Below are positions 32,643 through 43,806 of a DNA stretch of 64,000 bases, in pieces (the stretch's first letter is position 1; every line of letters starts with the position of its first letter). This DNA is from Bythopirellula sp. Its GTDB lineage: Bacteria > Planctomycetota > Planctomycetia > Pirellulales > Lacipirellulaceae. The position numbers and the translations under genes were made by a program. Location: contig OZ244170.1 of assembly GCA_965216565.1 (NCBI GenBank), positions 4,480,001-4,544,000 of the forward strand, written 5' to 3'. The notes under the pieces are model-generated. The model was not told where the DNA came from, did no database searches, and was given only the letters and a program-made list of their open reading frames with translations.

Positions 32643-33758
32643 ATGCGTACACCGCGTTCCGCAACAACTCGTGCGTTCACTCTTGTAGAGTTATTGGTGG
32701 TAATTTCCATCATTGGGGTCTTGGTTTCCTTGTTGCTTCCTGCGGTCCAGGCAGCTCGAGAGGCGGCCCGGCGCGCGCAATGTTTGAACCATTTACGGCA
32801 AATGGGCCTTGGTGCCCTCAATCACGAGTCGGGGCACAAGATTCTCCCAGGAGCTGGCTGGGCCCCATGGTTGGCGGGCGACCCCGATCGAGGCGTTGGG
32901 CGCGACCAACCTGGGAGCTGGATCTACCAATTGCTGCCTTATGTGGAATACCAAAATGTGTACGACCTTCCCTCCGACGGGGATGCGTTGAATTATCGTA
33001 CGACTACCCAACGAGAAGCCACGAAACAGATGTTGGAGACACCGATCTCTATATTCAATTGCCCCTCGCGCAGACCCGCAGCTTTGTATCCTTGGGATGA
33101 TACATTGCCCAGCCTTTTCAACGTGATCAATGCTGATCCTTCGGAGGCCACGGCTCATAGTGACTACGCTGGCAATGCAGGAGATGCGTTTCCCGATGAA
33201 GGTTTAAATGGTGGGCTGCTCGACTTCTTTTTTAGGAGCCAAGAGTGCGGAAACAAAGGCCCTGATGACTTTGCAGAAGTTTTTCCTCCGCGACCATCGG
33301 CCGGCAAGTACACAAGAGTTGATGAACAGTTCTGCTGGCCCTCCGAGGATACACAAACGGGAGTTTGCTTCTTGGGCGCTGAAATGAGGCTTGTGGAAAT
33401 CACCGATGGCACCTCAAATACTTTCTTGTTTGGCGAAAAAGGCATGAATTCCGCGCTGTACGACACAGGCACAGATGGCGGCGACAACCAGTCTATGTAT
33501 TGCGGTTGGGATTGGGATGTGAATCGCTGGGGAGGTGGGCCTCGTTTTGATCTTGGTCTCGAATCGGCATTCATTCCCAAGCCAGATCAAGCGAACAACG
33601 ATCTAGATACTTGGCTTACCTGGGGGAGTTCCCATCCGGGCGGTTATCTGGTTGTATTATGCGATGGTTCCTCAACTTTCATTAGCTATGATCTGGATAC
33701 TAGGGCACTGGCTAATTTTTGTAACCGTTTTGATGGTGACGTCTCCAACGGAAACTGA
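32643..33758 (+). CDS. DUF1559 prepilin-type N-terminal cleavage/methylation domain protein
   Basis: AFTLVELLVVISIIGVLVSLLLPAVQAAREAARR; ITDGTSNT; SHPGG...CDGS (H-X9-DG). Confidence 0.96.
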   Translation: MRTPRSATTRAFTLVELLVVISIIGVLVSLLLPAVQAAREAARRAQCLNHLRQMGLGALNHESGHKILPGAGWAPWLAGDPDRGVGRDQPGSWIYQLLPYVEYQNVYDLPSDGDALNYRTTTQREATKQMLETPISIFNCPSRRPAALYPWDDTLPSLFNVINADPSEATAHSDYAGNAGDAFPDEGLNGGLLDFFFRSQECGNKGPDDFAEVFPPRPSAGKYTRVDEQFCWPSEDTQTGVCFLGAEMRLVEITDGTSNTFLFGEKGMNSALYDTGTDGGDNQSMYCGWDWDVNRWGGGPRFDLGLESAFIPKPDQANNDLDTWLTWGSSHPGGYLVVLCDGSSTFISYDLDTRALANFCNRFDGDVSNGN

Positions 33759-33787
33759 ATGGGTCTTTCATCGGATAGGAATGCAAA

Positions 33788-34456
33788 TTGATGCTTGCAG
33801 ATAAGTTCCAAAGGTTCTCAAAGATAGTTGGTCAGTTTCCTGTGATGCGGCGTAAAGCGACCTTGCTGGCAATGCTCTATGCCATCTGCCTGGGCTGCAG
33901 TAGTGGCCCTCCTGCTTTGCGGCCCCCTGAGCTTGACGCCCAAGAGGCAGCCGATAAGGCCATTGAGCTCTACGATGGGAACGGTGACGGGATTCTTTCT
34001 AAGGATGAGCTGAAGGCAAGCCCGGGGCTTTTAGCGGCAATGGAAACTTATGATACCGATGGTGACAAAAGCATATCGCGTGAGGAAGTGGCCCAGCGTC
34101 TGCAGAAATTTGTTGACCGCGAAGCTGCCTTAACGGGATTGATTGCAACCGTGCGAATGGATGGTAAACCAATCGTTGGTGCCAAAGTTTCTCTCATCCC
34201 CGAGGAATTTCTTGGCGAAGGTATTAAGCCAGCCTCGGGAACCAGCCAGAAACGAGGGGCTTGTAGAGTTGCCATTGCCAACGAGGATTTGCCGGAGGCA
34301 CAGAAGGGCATGCGTGGAATTCACTATGGCACGTATCGTGTCGAAATTACTCATCCAGATCACGACATTCCTGCCAAGTTCAATACCGAAACCACTCTCG
34401 GCTACGATACCAAGCCAGGGAGCTCTAGTGCCACATTCAATGTGAGTTCTCGCTAG
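33788..34456 (+). CDS. DUF1559-associated lipoprotein with EF-hand-like loops and carboxypeptidase-regulatory-like beta domain
   Basis: Lipobox CLGC; DGNGDGILSKDE and DTDGDKSISREE; GTYRVEI..IPAKFN..T.L. Confidence 0.75.
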   Translation: MMLADKFQRFSKIVGQFPVMRRKATLLAMLYAICLGCSSGPPALRPPELDAQEAADKAIELYDGNGDGILSKDELKASPGLLAAMETYDTDGDKSISREEVAQRLQKFVDREAALTGLIATVRMDGKPIVGAKVSLIPEEFLGEGIKPASGTSQKRGACRVAIANEDLPEAQKGMRGIHYGTYRVEITHPDHDIPAKFNTETTLGYDTKPGSSSATFNVSSR

Positions 34457-34610
34457 CCATTCTTCACAGTTCAAAGCTGCGACGGATTTGTTCATTGATT
34501 GCTGTTCCGCTAGGGCTTAGACTCTCCATTGTCTGGGTCACAGTTCGTCTCTACCAAGCGAGTTTAGAGCGGTAGAGGACTCTGGCATTGAGCAAGCTCT
34601 CTAACAATGA

Positions 34611-36211
<1,601 letters not shown>

Positions 36212-36266
36212 GGGCACGACCGTTCGATAGTAGCCTTCTATTTGCCTAGTCACTGCGACACGGCAC

Positions 36267-37667
36267 CTAGGCGTATTCGCGCTCGATCTCTTCCAGAGAA
36301 CGTTGTGCAGTTTCTGGCATCAACTTCCAGACGACCAAGAGCTGGGGAACAAGGATCGCTGCGAATAGGAAGAACGTCTTGGACGGGCCCAAGTTGTCCC
36401 GCAGGAAGGGAAAGAACTGCCCCACCAAGGTGTCCGCTGCCCACATTGAGAGAATGACGACCGACATGGCATGAGAGCGGATATTTGTCGGGAAAATCTC
36501 AGAGGCAAATATAAACTTGATTGGCCCCAGTGAAAAAGCAAAGAAGGCGACAAAGCCACACATCAAAACAATCAGCATGGTACTCGGCGCAGACTCGCCA
36601 AACATACTGCCGATGCCAATCAAGCAGGCAATCGCGCCCAGCGTACCAACTTGCAGCAGAATTCGTCGGCCAAGCTTGTCGACAAACCACATGGCAACCA
36701 GGGTAAATATGAGGTTGAAAAACCCAATGACCGCGGTGCCGCTCAGGGCGCTCTCTTCTTTGAATCCGGACTCAGCAAGAAGCGTGGTTCCATAGTAGAA
36801 AACCACGTTGATACCGCTAAACTGTGCGAATACCGCCAGTGAAATAGCCACGAGCAGACGCGTTCTGTATTTGGGGTCGAGTAAGTCGGCGAAGCTCTTT
36901 TCGGTCTCTTTCTCCTCCGCAATTGTCTTGCGAATCTCTTCAAACTCGCTCTCGGCACCAACGGAGAAGATCCGAGAGAGAACTTTTTTTGCATCGTCGA
37001 AGCGACCCACTTTTGTCAGCCACCTTGGGCTCTCGGGAAGCGTCGCTGCGAGCACGAGAAATAGAATCCCGGGAATTAGTTCCGCGGAGAACATCCCACG
37101 CCAGAGCTCATCGACCAAAATCCAACGAAGAAAACTCTCTTCCGCCAAATCATCCGCCAAGGCTTGCGAAGCACGGTGCATCCCATAGTTGTTGAATAGT
37201 GCGGCCATAATTCCGACTGTGATCGCAAATTGAAATACTGTGACTAAGCGTCCGCGCACCTGGGTTGGTGAAATTTCCGAGATGTACAGCGGGCAGACCA
37301 TCGCGGCGATGCCGACTCCGATTCCCCCTATCCATCTAGCCAGAATGAGCAACTCGATACCTGGCGCAAGTCCGCTGCCCCCTGCCGAGACAAGCATTAA
37401 TGTGGCGGCGAATACTAAGCTAAGGCTTCGTCCCTTGCGATCGCTCAACCAACCCGCCAGAGCCGAACCAATAACCGCTCCGATGAGGCCAGAACTTACG
37501 AAAAGTCCCTCGAGCGTTGAGGACAACTGGAACTGATCTTTTACCGACTGAATGGTCCCAGAGATCACGATCGCATCGAACCCCCAGAGGAAACCACCCA
37601 ATGCCGAGGCGATACAAATGTAAAGCAGGAATGGTAGATGGGCCTTCTGTTCTACTTGATCGTTCAT
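36267..37667 (-). CDS. Sugar porter family MFS transporter
   Basis: GGFLWGFDAIVISG, YISEISP..RGRL, PESPRWL, QFSGINVVFYY, PET..SLEEIE. Confidence 0.95.
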   Translation of the reverse strand: MNDQVEQKAHLPFLLYICIASALGGFLWGFDAIVISGTIQSVKDQFQLSSTLEGLFVSSGLIGAVIGSALAGWLSDRKGRSLSLVFAATLMLVSAGGSGLAPGIELLILARWIGGIGVGIAAMVCPLYISEISPTQVRGRLVTVFQFAITVGIMAALFNNYGMHRASQALADDLAEESFLRWILVDELWRGMFSAELIPGILFLVLAATLPESPRWLTKVGRFDDAKKVLSRIFSVGAESEFEEIRKTIAEEKETEKSFADLLDPKYRTRLLVAISLAVFAQFSGINVVFYYGTTLLAESGFKEESALSGTAVIGFFNLIFTLVAMWFVDKLGRRILLQVGTLGAIACLIGIGSMFGESAPSTMLIVLMCGFVAFFAFSLGPIKFIFASEIFPTNIRSHAMSVVILSMWAADTLVGQFFPFLRDNLGPSKTFFLFAAILVPQLLVVWKLMPETAQRSLEEIEREYA

Positions 37668-37747
37668 AGTCGGGTATCTCGGATATTTGTTGGTTGAATC
37701 GGAGGATTGATGGCTTGCGTGCGGATGTGCTTATTTTGTCAGTATAC

Positions 37748-39550
37748 CTAGGTCCGTACGAAGGCTTTGATCGTAGCACATTCTTCGCCACTTCGTTGTT
37801 CCAAAGGGCGGATTCGGTAGGGGCCGACATGAGCCGGCACAATGAACGTCTCGGCGTAGTTTACAGAAAAAGGCTCGAAAGCGTCGGTAGGGCTTTCGAC
37901 CACAGCCTGAGATCCCTGCACCAAGTTCAGTACGTTAACTCCCCCAGCCGTGTCGTGAGAAACAGCCTCTGTAAACCAGTGCCGTCGAGTTTCGATGAAC
38001 TCAGACTCATGCAGTCCTGTTCGTTCCTCTCGCCAGCCTTCGCCTGTTGCCAATGGTTGCACGCAGTTGACCAATTGCTGCTCTGTCCAGGAAGTTGTCC
38101 GCTCCCAATCGATGTTTGCGATGCCGTGATCTAAATGGATGGGACGCGGTCTGCCGTCGAGTCCAAGTCGGCCCCAATCCCACAGCTTGAAGGTAAAGAT
38201 GTAGGGGGTAGCGCTAATCTCCAACACCATCGAGTTAGCGCCAGAACAGTGAACCGTTCCTGCAGGAATGAGGAAATGGTCGTGCTGCTTGGCAGGCCAT
38301 TGGTTGGAGTAGCGGTCTGCGGGAAACTCGCATTCGCCAAGCTGGGCCCGCTGGAGATCTCGGATCAACGCATCTTGGTCGACCCCCTCTTTCAAGCCAA
38401 GGTAGACAGTCGCATCTGGCTTGGCATCGAGTAGGTAGTAGCTCTCGTCCTGTGTGTAGTTCATCCCAAAATGCCGCTGAGCGTACTCCTGAAGCGGATG
38501 CACCTGAAACGAGAGATTGCCGCCCCCCATCGTGTCGAGGAAATCGAAGCGGATCGGAAATTCAGCCCCGAACCGGGCAAAGACCGCCTCACCGAGCAGC
38601 GCCTGCGGGTGCTGGAAAACCAGATTGATTGCCGGCATTTCTACCGTGATATCGCCAAATTGTAGCAGCAGGCTGTTCTCCTCAGGCACACAATCAAAAC
38701 ACCAGCCATAGTTCTCCACGGATCGATCCAAATCGCACACTTCCTTCATCCACTGTCCACCCCACGGGGCGGGGTCGAAAAAGGGAACAACCCGGAAGGG
38801 CCGCGTTGTTGCGTGTTGCAATCCTTCTCGGACCGCGTCGCCTGTTACTAACTTTGGATCAGCTGCTACGTTTGTGTCGAGGTAATAATCCCAACGATCG
38901 ACTAGAGACTGCTTCCAACGATCGGCCACTCGCCAGTCTACGAAATAGGAACGCTTGTATTGAAGCGAGGGTCGCTCTTCGGCATTGTTGGCTCCCAAGT
39001 TGCTCACGACATTACGGCGAGATCGTTGTTGCCACTCCCAACGAGCCAGGTCGGCATAGACGAGAATGTCACCTTGGTGAACTAGTGTTGCACCACTTCC
39101 GACTACATAGATGGTCCCAGATGTGATCGAATCGATTTGTGAGCGTAGTTCCTGTAAGCGCTGTTCATTGAAAAACTCCGGCAAGTTGAGTTCGGTGATG
39201 AATCCAAAGACCGGATCGTCACCACCTAAGAAGGGCTTAGTCAACTGGTCGATTGCGCTAGAATCGAGCATTGCTTGTTCGGTAGGGAGCAACAGCGCCG
39301 GCGTCTCTCGATCTTGAATTGCCCCCAGGATTTCATCGACATCAACACCGGGGTAGCATTCGAGAGCAACAACCGTTCTGGGAGCTGAGCGACGAGAGAT
39401 CGCCTCATTTACAGTTGCCACAACCGCATCCCAGCCACGAACGCAAGCGCCTTCGGTCCCTGGAATTGAGACCGTTGGCTCTTTGTCGTATTTAGGCGAT
39501 GCGGGACCAGTCACCATCCAAGGTTTCCTGACAAAGATGCTGACATCCAT
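37748..39550 (-). CDS. Class I mannose-6-phosphate isomerase-like protein, long form with N-terminal extension; start 39550 or 39517
   Basis: PWGGQWMK, FPIRFDFLDT..NLSFQVHP, QDESYY, IPAGTVH..VLEIS cupin metal motifs. Confidence 0.88.
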   Translation of the reverse strand: MDVSIFVRKPWMVTGPASPKYDKEPTVSIPGTEGACVRGWDAVVATVNEAISRRSAPRTVVALECYPGVDVDEILGAIQDRETPALLLPTEQAMLDSSAIDQLTKPFLGGDDPVFGFITELNLPEFFNEQRLQELRSQIDSITSGTIYVVGSGATLVHQGDILVYADLARWEWQQRSRRNVVSNLGANNAEERPSLQYKRSYFVDWRVADRWKQSLVDRWDYYLDTNVAADPKLVTGDAVREGLQHATTRPFRVVPFFDPAPWGGQWMKEVCDLDRSVENYGWCFDCVPEENSLLLQFGDITVEMPAINLVFQHPQALLGEAVFARFGAEFPIRFDFLDTMGGGNLSFQVHPLQEYAQRHFGMNYTQDESYYLLDAKPDATVYLGLKEGVDQDALIRDLQRAQLGECEFPADRYSNQWPAKQHDHFLIPAGTVHCSGANSMVLEISATPYIFTFKLWDWGRLGLDGRPRPIHLDHGIANIDWERTTSWTEQQLVNCVQPLATGEGWREERTGLHESEFIETRRHWFTEAVSHDTAGGVNVLNLVQGSQAVVESPTDAFEPFSVNYAETFIVPAHVGPYRIRPLEQRSGEECATIKAFVRT

Positions 39551-40454
39551 ACAATGCCGCTTTGTCTTCCAAAGTTCCAGCCACAACGGCGAGATCGGCA
39601 CAAACATTGGCCACTGGTCGTCGTAATCGGGTTGCAATTGCAGGAACAATCGCATCCTGTCTTTGCAGGACTCCGCCACCGAGAATCAGCATGGCTGGAT
39701 CGTAGGCAAGTACCAAGTTGGTTGCGACAGCCGTCCACACATTCAGGCTCTGCTCGATAAGCCGCTTGCTACAAGCATCGCCTTTGTCGGCAAAATCAAA
39801 GAGAGTTTCAAAATCAACATGCTCAATCTCCGACAGTCGACTTTGGGGAAAGTCGGGCTGAGACTTGGCTCGTTCAGTCAGCGTGGCCGTGGAGGCGAGG
39901 TCCTCGGCACAACCGATATTGCCACAGCGGGTGTCGGTAGCATTTAGATCGACCGTCATGTGTCCAAAGGCTGAGCCCGCCCGATTCTGCGCCCCATGAA
40001 GTAGTTTTCCATCGCAGATGGCGGCACACCCAATGCCTGTGCCCAGGGTGATCATGGCGACATCCGTAAGCTCTTTGCCGACACCATGTTTCCACTCTCC
40101 AAGTAGAGCCATGCGGACGTCGTTCTCAATCACGATTGGTAGACCTAAGGATTGGGAAGACCATTCGGCAAAATTAATCTCATCAGCCCCGGGGAACTTC
40201 CCAAAATCGCCATGCACTCGGCATTCGCGCCTGTCGATCAAGAAGGGTAAGGAGAGGCCCACGCCATCGGCCTCGGAGATCATTAGGCTGCACGACTCGA
40301 GCAGCTCCTGCCATTGTTGGCTGATTGCCTCAAGCCTGGAAAGCATAGGCTGGTCAGACTCTGCAGGAATCGATTTGCTCGCGGCTAGACTCCCTTCAAT
40401 GAACACTCCCAACTTAATCGTTGTGCCGCCTACGTCCGCCGCGAGATAGATCAC
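39492..40454 (-). CDS. ROK family sugar kinase
   Basis: ADVGGT, ENDV..LGE, TLGTGIG, GHM..CGNIGCAE. Confidence 0.92.
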   Translation of the reverse strand: MIYLAADVGGTTIKLGVFIEGSLAASKSIPAESDQPMLSRLEAISQQWQELLESCSLMISEADGVGLSLPFLIDRRECRVHGDFGKFPGADEINFAEWSSQSLGLPIVIENDVRMALLGEWKHGVGKELTDVAMITLGTGIGCAAICDGKLLHGAQNRAGSAFGHMTVDLNATDTRCGNIGCAEDLASTATLTERAKSQPDFPQSRLSEIEHVDFETLFDFADKGDACSKRLIEQSLNVWTAVATNLVLAYDPAMLILGGGVLQRQDAIVPAIATRLRRPVANVCADLAVVAGTLEDKAALYGCQHLCQETLDGDWSRIA

Positions 40455-40968
40455 TGATTTTACCTCTTGCTCTGGGACGAAGGGATGGAATGAAACAATC
40501 GAGGTTTAGCGGGATGAGGCCGCCTACTCAATTCGTTTGTGCACGATATAGAAAGGAGTCTCACAGACAAATCAATCAGGAAGTCAGACAGCCTGTTGTA
40601 AGAATCCAGATAGAAAAGCCATATCTATTTTCCATCGAGTCAAATTGACTGTCAAGGTAACAGCTTGGATTCAATTGGCCTGGATGCGAAGTGTCATTCG
40701 CCACAAGGGCGCCTCGCAGGGGTCTGATGCATTGCGAGTTAGGCTACGACATTTAGCCGACCAGCGAATTGCTGTATCATTTCCAGCTAGAAATCGCTTG
40801 CGAAGTCGCCGCTGGCCATCATAGAAAACTACAATGTGCGGTTGTCCAAAGCTACTCAGTACTAAATCCGATCGCCTTCGATTGAAGTCTTAGCCGGTCA
40901 CGAGGTGCAGAATGTTATTGAGTTACCGTCGCCTTGCCGTTTAGCCAGCCCGTTAGAAGTGAATTGGA

Positions 40969-43725
40969 ATGTGGATAATGACTCCTCTCAGCAGAACGGT
41001 TTCATGGCGATTGATGTTGGCGATTGGGCTCGCATTGTGGATTTCTCGTGACGTTCAGGCAGCGACGAATATTGCTCCATTGGCAACTGTCGATGCGTCC
41101 GGGGAGAACCCCGCTGCCGTGGTCGACGGAATCAAACAGAAGTCGGGTGAGGGGGAATGGATCGGAGATAGCCCTAATCTTTGGTTTGGGTGGATAGAAT
41201 TTCCTGAGCTGAAAATCTCTTGGTACGAACCACAACAGATTAACAAGATTGTTCTATACGATCGTCCCAGCGACGACGAGCATTTGGCAGCGTGCTTGAT
41301 CAAGTTTGATGATGGTTCAGAGGTGAACGTCTGGGCTATCCCCAACGATGGTTCCCCGCGGACGGTTGTCTTTGAACCTCGAACTGTCAATGGCTTTACC
41401 ATCATTCCTGTCGACGGCATCGGCTGGAATATTGGTCTATCGGAGGTCGAGGTCTACCACGAACCGTCGGCCCAGCCTGAGTTCGCCGCAAACAAAGAGT
41501 TTACGGACTATGTTTCTTATGTCGATCCGACAATCGAAACGGGTCGAGGCCGTTGGTTCTTTTGCACCCCGGGCAGCCGCCCCTTCGGCATGGTTAGCGC
41601 CTCGGCTTATACGCGCAACAAGAATCAAGGCGGCGGTGGCTACAACTACAACAGCACCGAGATTCTTGGCTTCGCCCAAATTCATGCCTGGATTATGTCG
41701 GGTGTGAACATCATGCCCACCATGGGAGATGTGAATCCTAATCGTGGCGAGCAGGAATGGAAGTCGTCGTTCTCTCACGAAACGGAAGTCATCGAACCGG
41801 GCTATCACAAGCTATTTCTCGATCGTTACCAGACTCAGGTGGAGTACACATCGACAGATCGTGTTGCGTTTTACCGATTGAGCCATGAAAAGGGCGGAGC
41901 TTCTAAACTCTTGCTTTCGTTGGGGGGATTCCTCGGTTCGATTAGTTGCGTCGATGGCAAAGCGAGGCTAGTCAGCGAGACCCGTATCGAAGGGTCGCAT
42001 GGAATGACCGACCGACTTTGGGGAGGGCCTCAACTTTCGCACGTCTATTTTGTTCTCGACATCGATCGTCCGATTGCGCGCATGGATGGCTGGAAAGGAT
42101 CCGCAAAAAGCCTCGAAGATATTACCAGTTTCGAAAATGAAATCCCTGCGGGAAGGCTACAAGATACGGAAGAGGGCAGGCAAAAATACTTGTTCAAGAA
42201 TTTGCCTGAAGAACAGGCGGGAGTCTCCCTGGCTTACGACGCAAAGGCAGGTGATGTGGTCCAAGTGAAGATTGGCATTTCATTTACTAGTATCGAAAAC
42301 GCCCGCAAAAATCTCGAGGCAGAGTGCAATCATTGGAATTTCGATCAGGTCCGACATGACGCCCGCCAGCAGTGGAATTCTTGGCTAGGACGGATTGATG
42401 TCAAAGGCGGCGAACTGCAGACGCGTGTGAAGTTCTATACCGATCTTTGGCATGTGTTGTTGGGGCGTCACAAGATTGATGACGTCAGCGGTGATTACCC
42501 GAGCTACATGGGCAAGGAGAGAATCAGAACTTTGCCAAAGGATGCGGACGGCAAACCGCGGTTTCATATGTACAACTCCGACAGCCTGTGGCTATCGATG
42601 TGGAACATCAATATTCTTTGGGGATTGGCCTGGCCAGAAATGCTGGACGATTTCTCGGCTTCGCTCTTGGAATACGCTTCGGTGGGGGGCTATTTACCAC
42701 GCGGTCCGTGTGCAGGTGGATACACAGGCATCATGACAGGCTGCCCTGCGACAAGCTTGATTGCGGCCACTTGGCAGAAAGGGCTCCTCACGAAGGCGGA
42801 TGAGATGGACGCTTATGCCGCTATCAAGAAGAGTCATCCCATTCAGATCGAAGGCGATGCAACCGAGCCAGGGATCCTCGTTCAAGGTGCTTTCGAATAC
42901 TGGGCCCTGGCCCAAATGGCTGAAGAACTTGGCAAACACGAAGATGCCGAATCGTACGAAGACTGGATCAACGGCTGGAAACAGTGTTTTCATCCAGAGC
43001 AGAAACTGCTTTTCGCTCGAGACAAGAAAGATCCGAGTCGGTGGGCTACCGACGATCCTTTGAGCGGAAAAGGATGGGTGGAAGCGAACGCTTGGCAGGG
43101 AACTTTCGGGTTATCGCACGACATCCGCGGCTTAGCCAAGATGATGGGGGGACCCAAACCACTTGCTGAGAAGTTGAACTATGCCTTCCAGCAGGCCGCC
43201 CCCTCGCATTTTGTGTACACCTATGGCGGTGGTTTTGTTAGCTACGCCAATCAACCTGGATGCTCAAACGCCCATGTTTTCAATCATGCAGGTTCACCTT
43301 GGCTGAGCCAATACTGGGTTCGCCGTGTTAGTCGGCAAGCTTACGGTGGGACCAATCCCAATGAAGGGTATGGGGGGCACGACGAAGATCAGGGCCAAAT
43401 GGGTGGGGTAAGTGCATTGATGAAGTTGGGGCTATTCAGCTTGCGTGGAAACTGTTCGCAGGACCCTATCTATGAACTGACAGCTCCAGAATTCGAAGAG
43501 ATCACGATCCAATTGGACTCCAAATACTACCCGGGCAAATCGTTTCGTATTAAGTCTCATGATGTCACGGAAGAGAACTGCTATATCCAGCACGCTGAAC
43601 TCAATGGCCAGCCACTAACGAAATGCTGGATCTACCACGACGAGTTCGCCGAAGGGGGGCTTTTAGAATTGTGGTTAGGCGATGAGCCCAATAAATCGTG
43701 GGGGATATCCCCAGCACCGAACTGA
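40969..43725 (+). CDS. GH92 glycoside hydrolase with N-terminal discoidin-like domain
   Basis: YVDPTIET..RPFGMVS, VKFYTDLWH, WVEANAWQ, YANQP, DEDQGQMG; N-terminal ..GLSEVEVY domain. Confidence 0.9.
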   Translation: MWIMTPLSRTVSWRLMLAIGLALWISRDVQAATNIAPLATVDASGENPAAVVDGIKQKSGEGEWIGDSPNLWFGWIEFPELKISWYEPQQINKIVLYDRPSDDEHLAACLIKFDDGSEVNVWAIPNDGSPRTVVFEPRTVNGFTIIPVDGIGWNIGLSEVEVYHEPSAQPEFAANKEFTDYVSYVDPTIETGRGRWFFCTPGSRPFGMVSASAYTRNKNQGGGGYNYNSTEILGFAQIHAWIMSGVNIMPTMGDVNPNRGEQEWKSSFSHETEVIEPGYHKLFLDRYQTQVEYTSTDRVAFYRLSHEKGGASKLLLSLGGFLGSISCVDGKARLVSETRIEGSHGMTDRLWGGPQLSHVYFVLDIDRPIARMDGWKGSAKSLEDITSFENEIPAGRLQDTEEGRQKYLFKNLPEEQAGVSLAYDAKAGDVVQVKIGISFTSIENARKNLEAECNHWNFDQVRHDARQQWNSWLGRIDVKGGELQTRVKFYTDLWHVLLGRHKIDDVSGDYPSYMGKERIRTLPKDADGKPRFHMYNSDSLWLSMWNINILWGLAWPEMLDDFSASLLEYASVGGYLPRGPCAGGYTGIMTGCPATSLIAATWQKGLLTKADEMDAYAAIKKSHPIQIEGDATEPGILVQGAFEYWALAQMAEELGKHEDAESYEDWINGWKQCFHPEQKLLFARDKKDPSRWATDDPLSGKGWVEANAWQGTFGLSHDIRGLAKMMGGPKPLAEKLNYAFQQAAPSHFVYTYGGGFVSYANQPGCSNAHVFNHAGSPWLSQYWVRRVSRQAYGGTNPNEGYGGHDEDQGQMGGVSALMKLGLFSLRGNCSQDPIYELTAPEFEEITIQLDSKYYPGKSFRIKSHDVTEENCYIQHAELNGQPLTKCWIYHDEFAEGGLLELWLGDEPNKSWGISPAPN

Positions 43726-43806
43726 TTCTGGCTACAATGTGTGTGCTGTAACCAGATCCAGCTCGCTCCTACTTGTTGTGATGCCTCACTACGCAAGAGT
43801 CACCAG

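Noticed and set aside
34547..34580. Imperfect inverted repeat CTCTACC...GGTAGAG between the lipoprotein and aldolase-like genes
   Set aside because: Short stem, large loop and no U tract; not enough to call a terminator or riboswitch
39551..39679. Extended N-terminus of the 643-aa ManA-like ORF overlapping the ROK gene by 188 nt
   Set aside because: Most likely an over-called start; ATGs at 39550 or 39517 give a much smaller overlap
43723..43806. GH92 TGA stop is in frame with the GH78 ORF and followed by a hairpin (TCTGGCTACA...TGTAACCAGA)
   Set aside because: GH92 is complete at PNKSWG. GH78 has its own ATG and signal peptide at 43807. The linker is not protein-like, and the hairpin starts immediately after the stop with a large loop unlike the fdhF-type apex.
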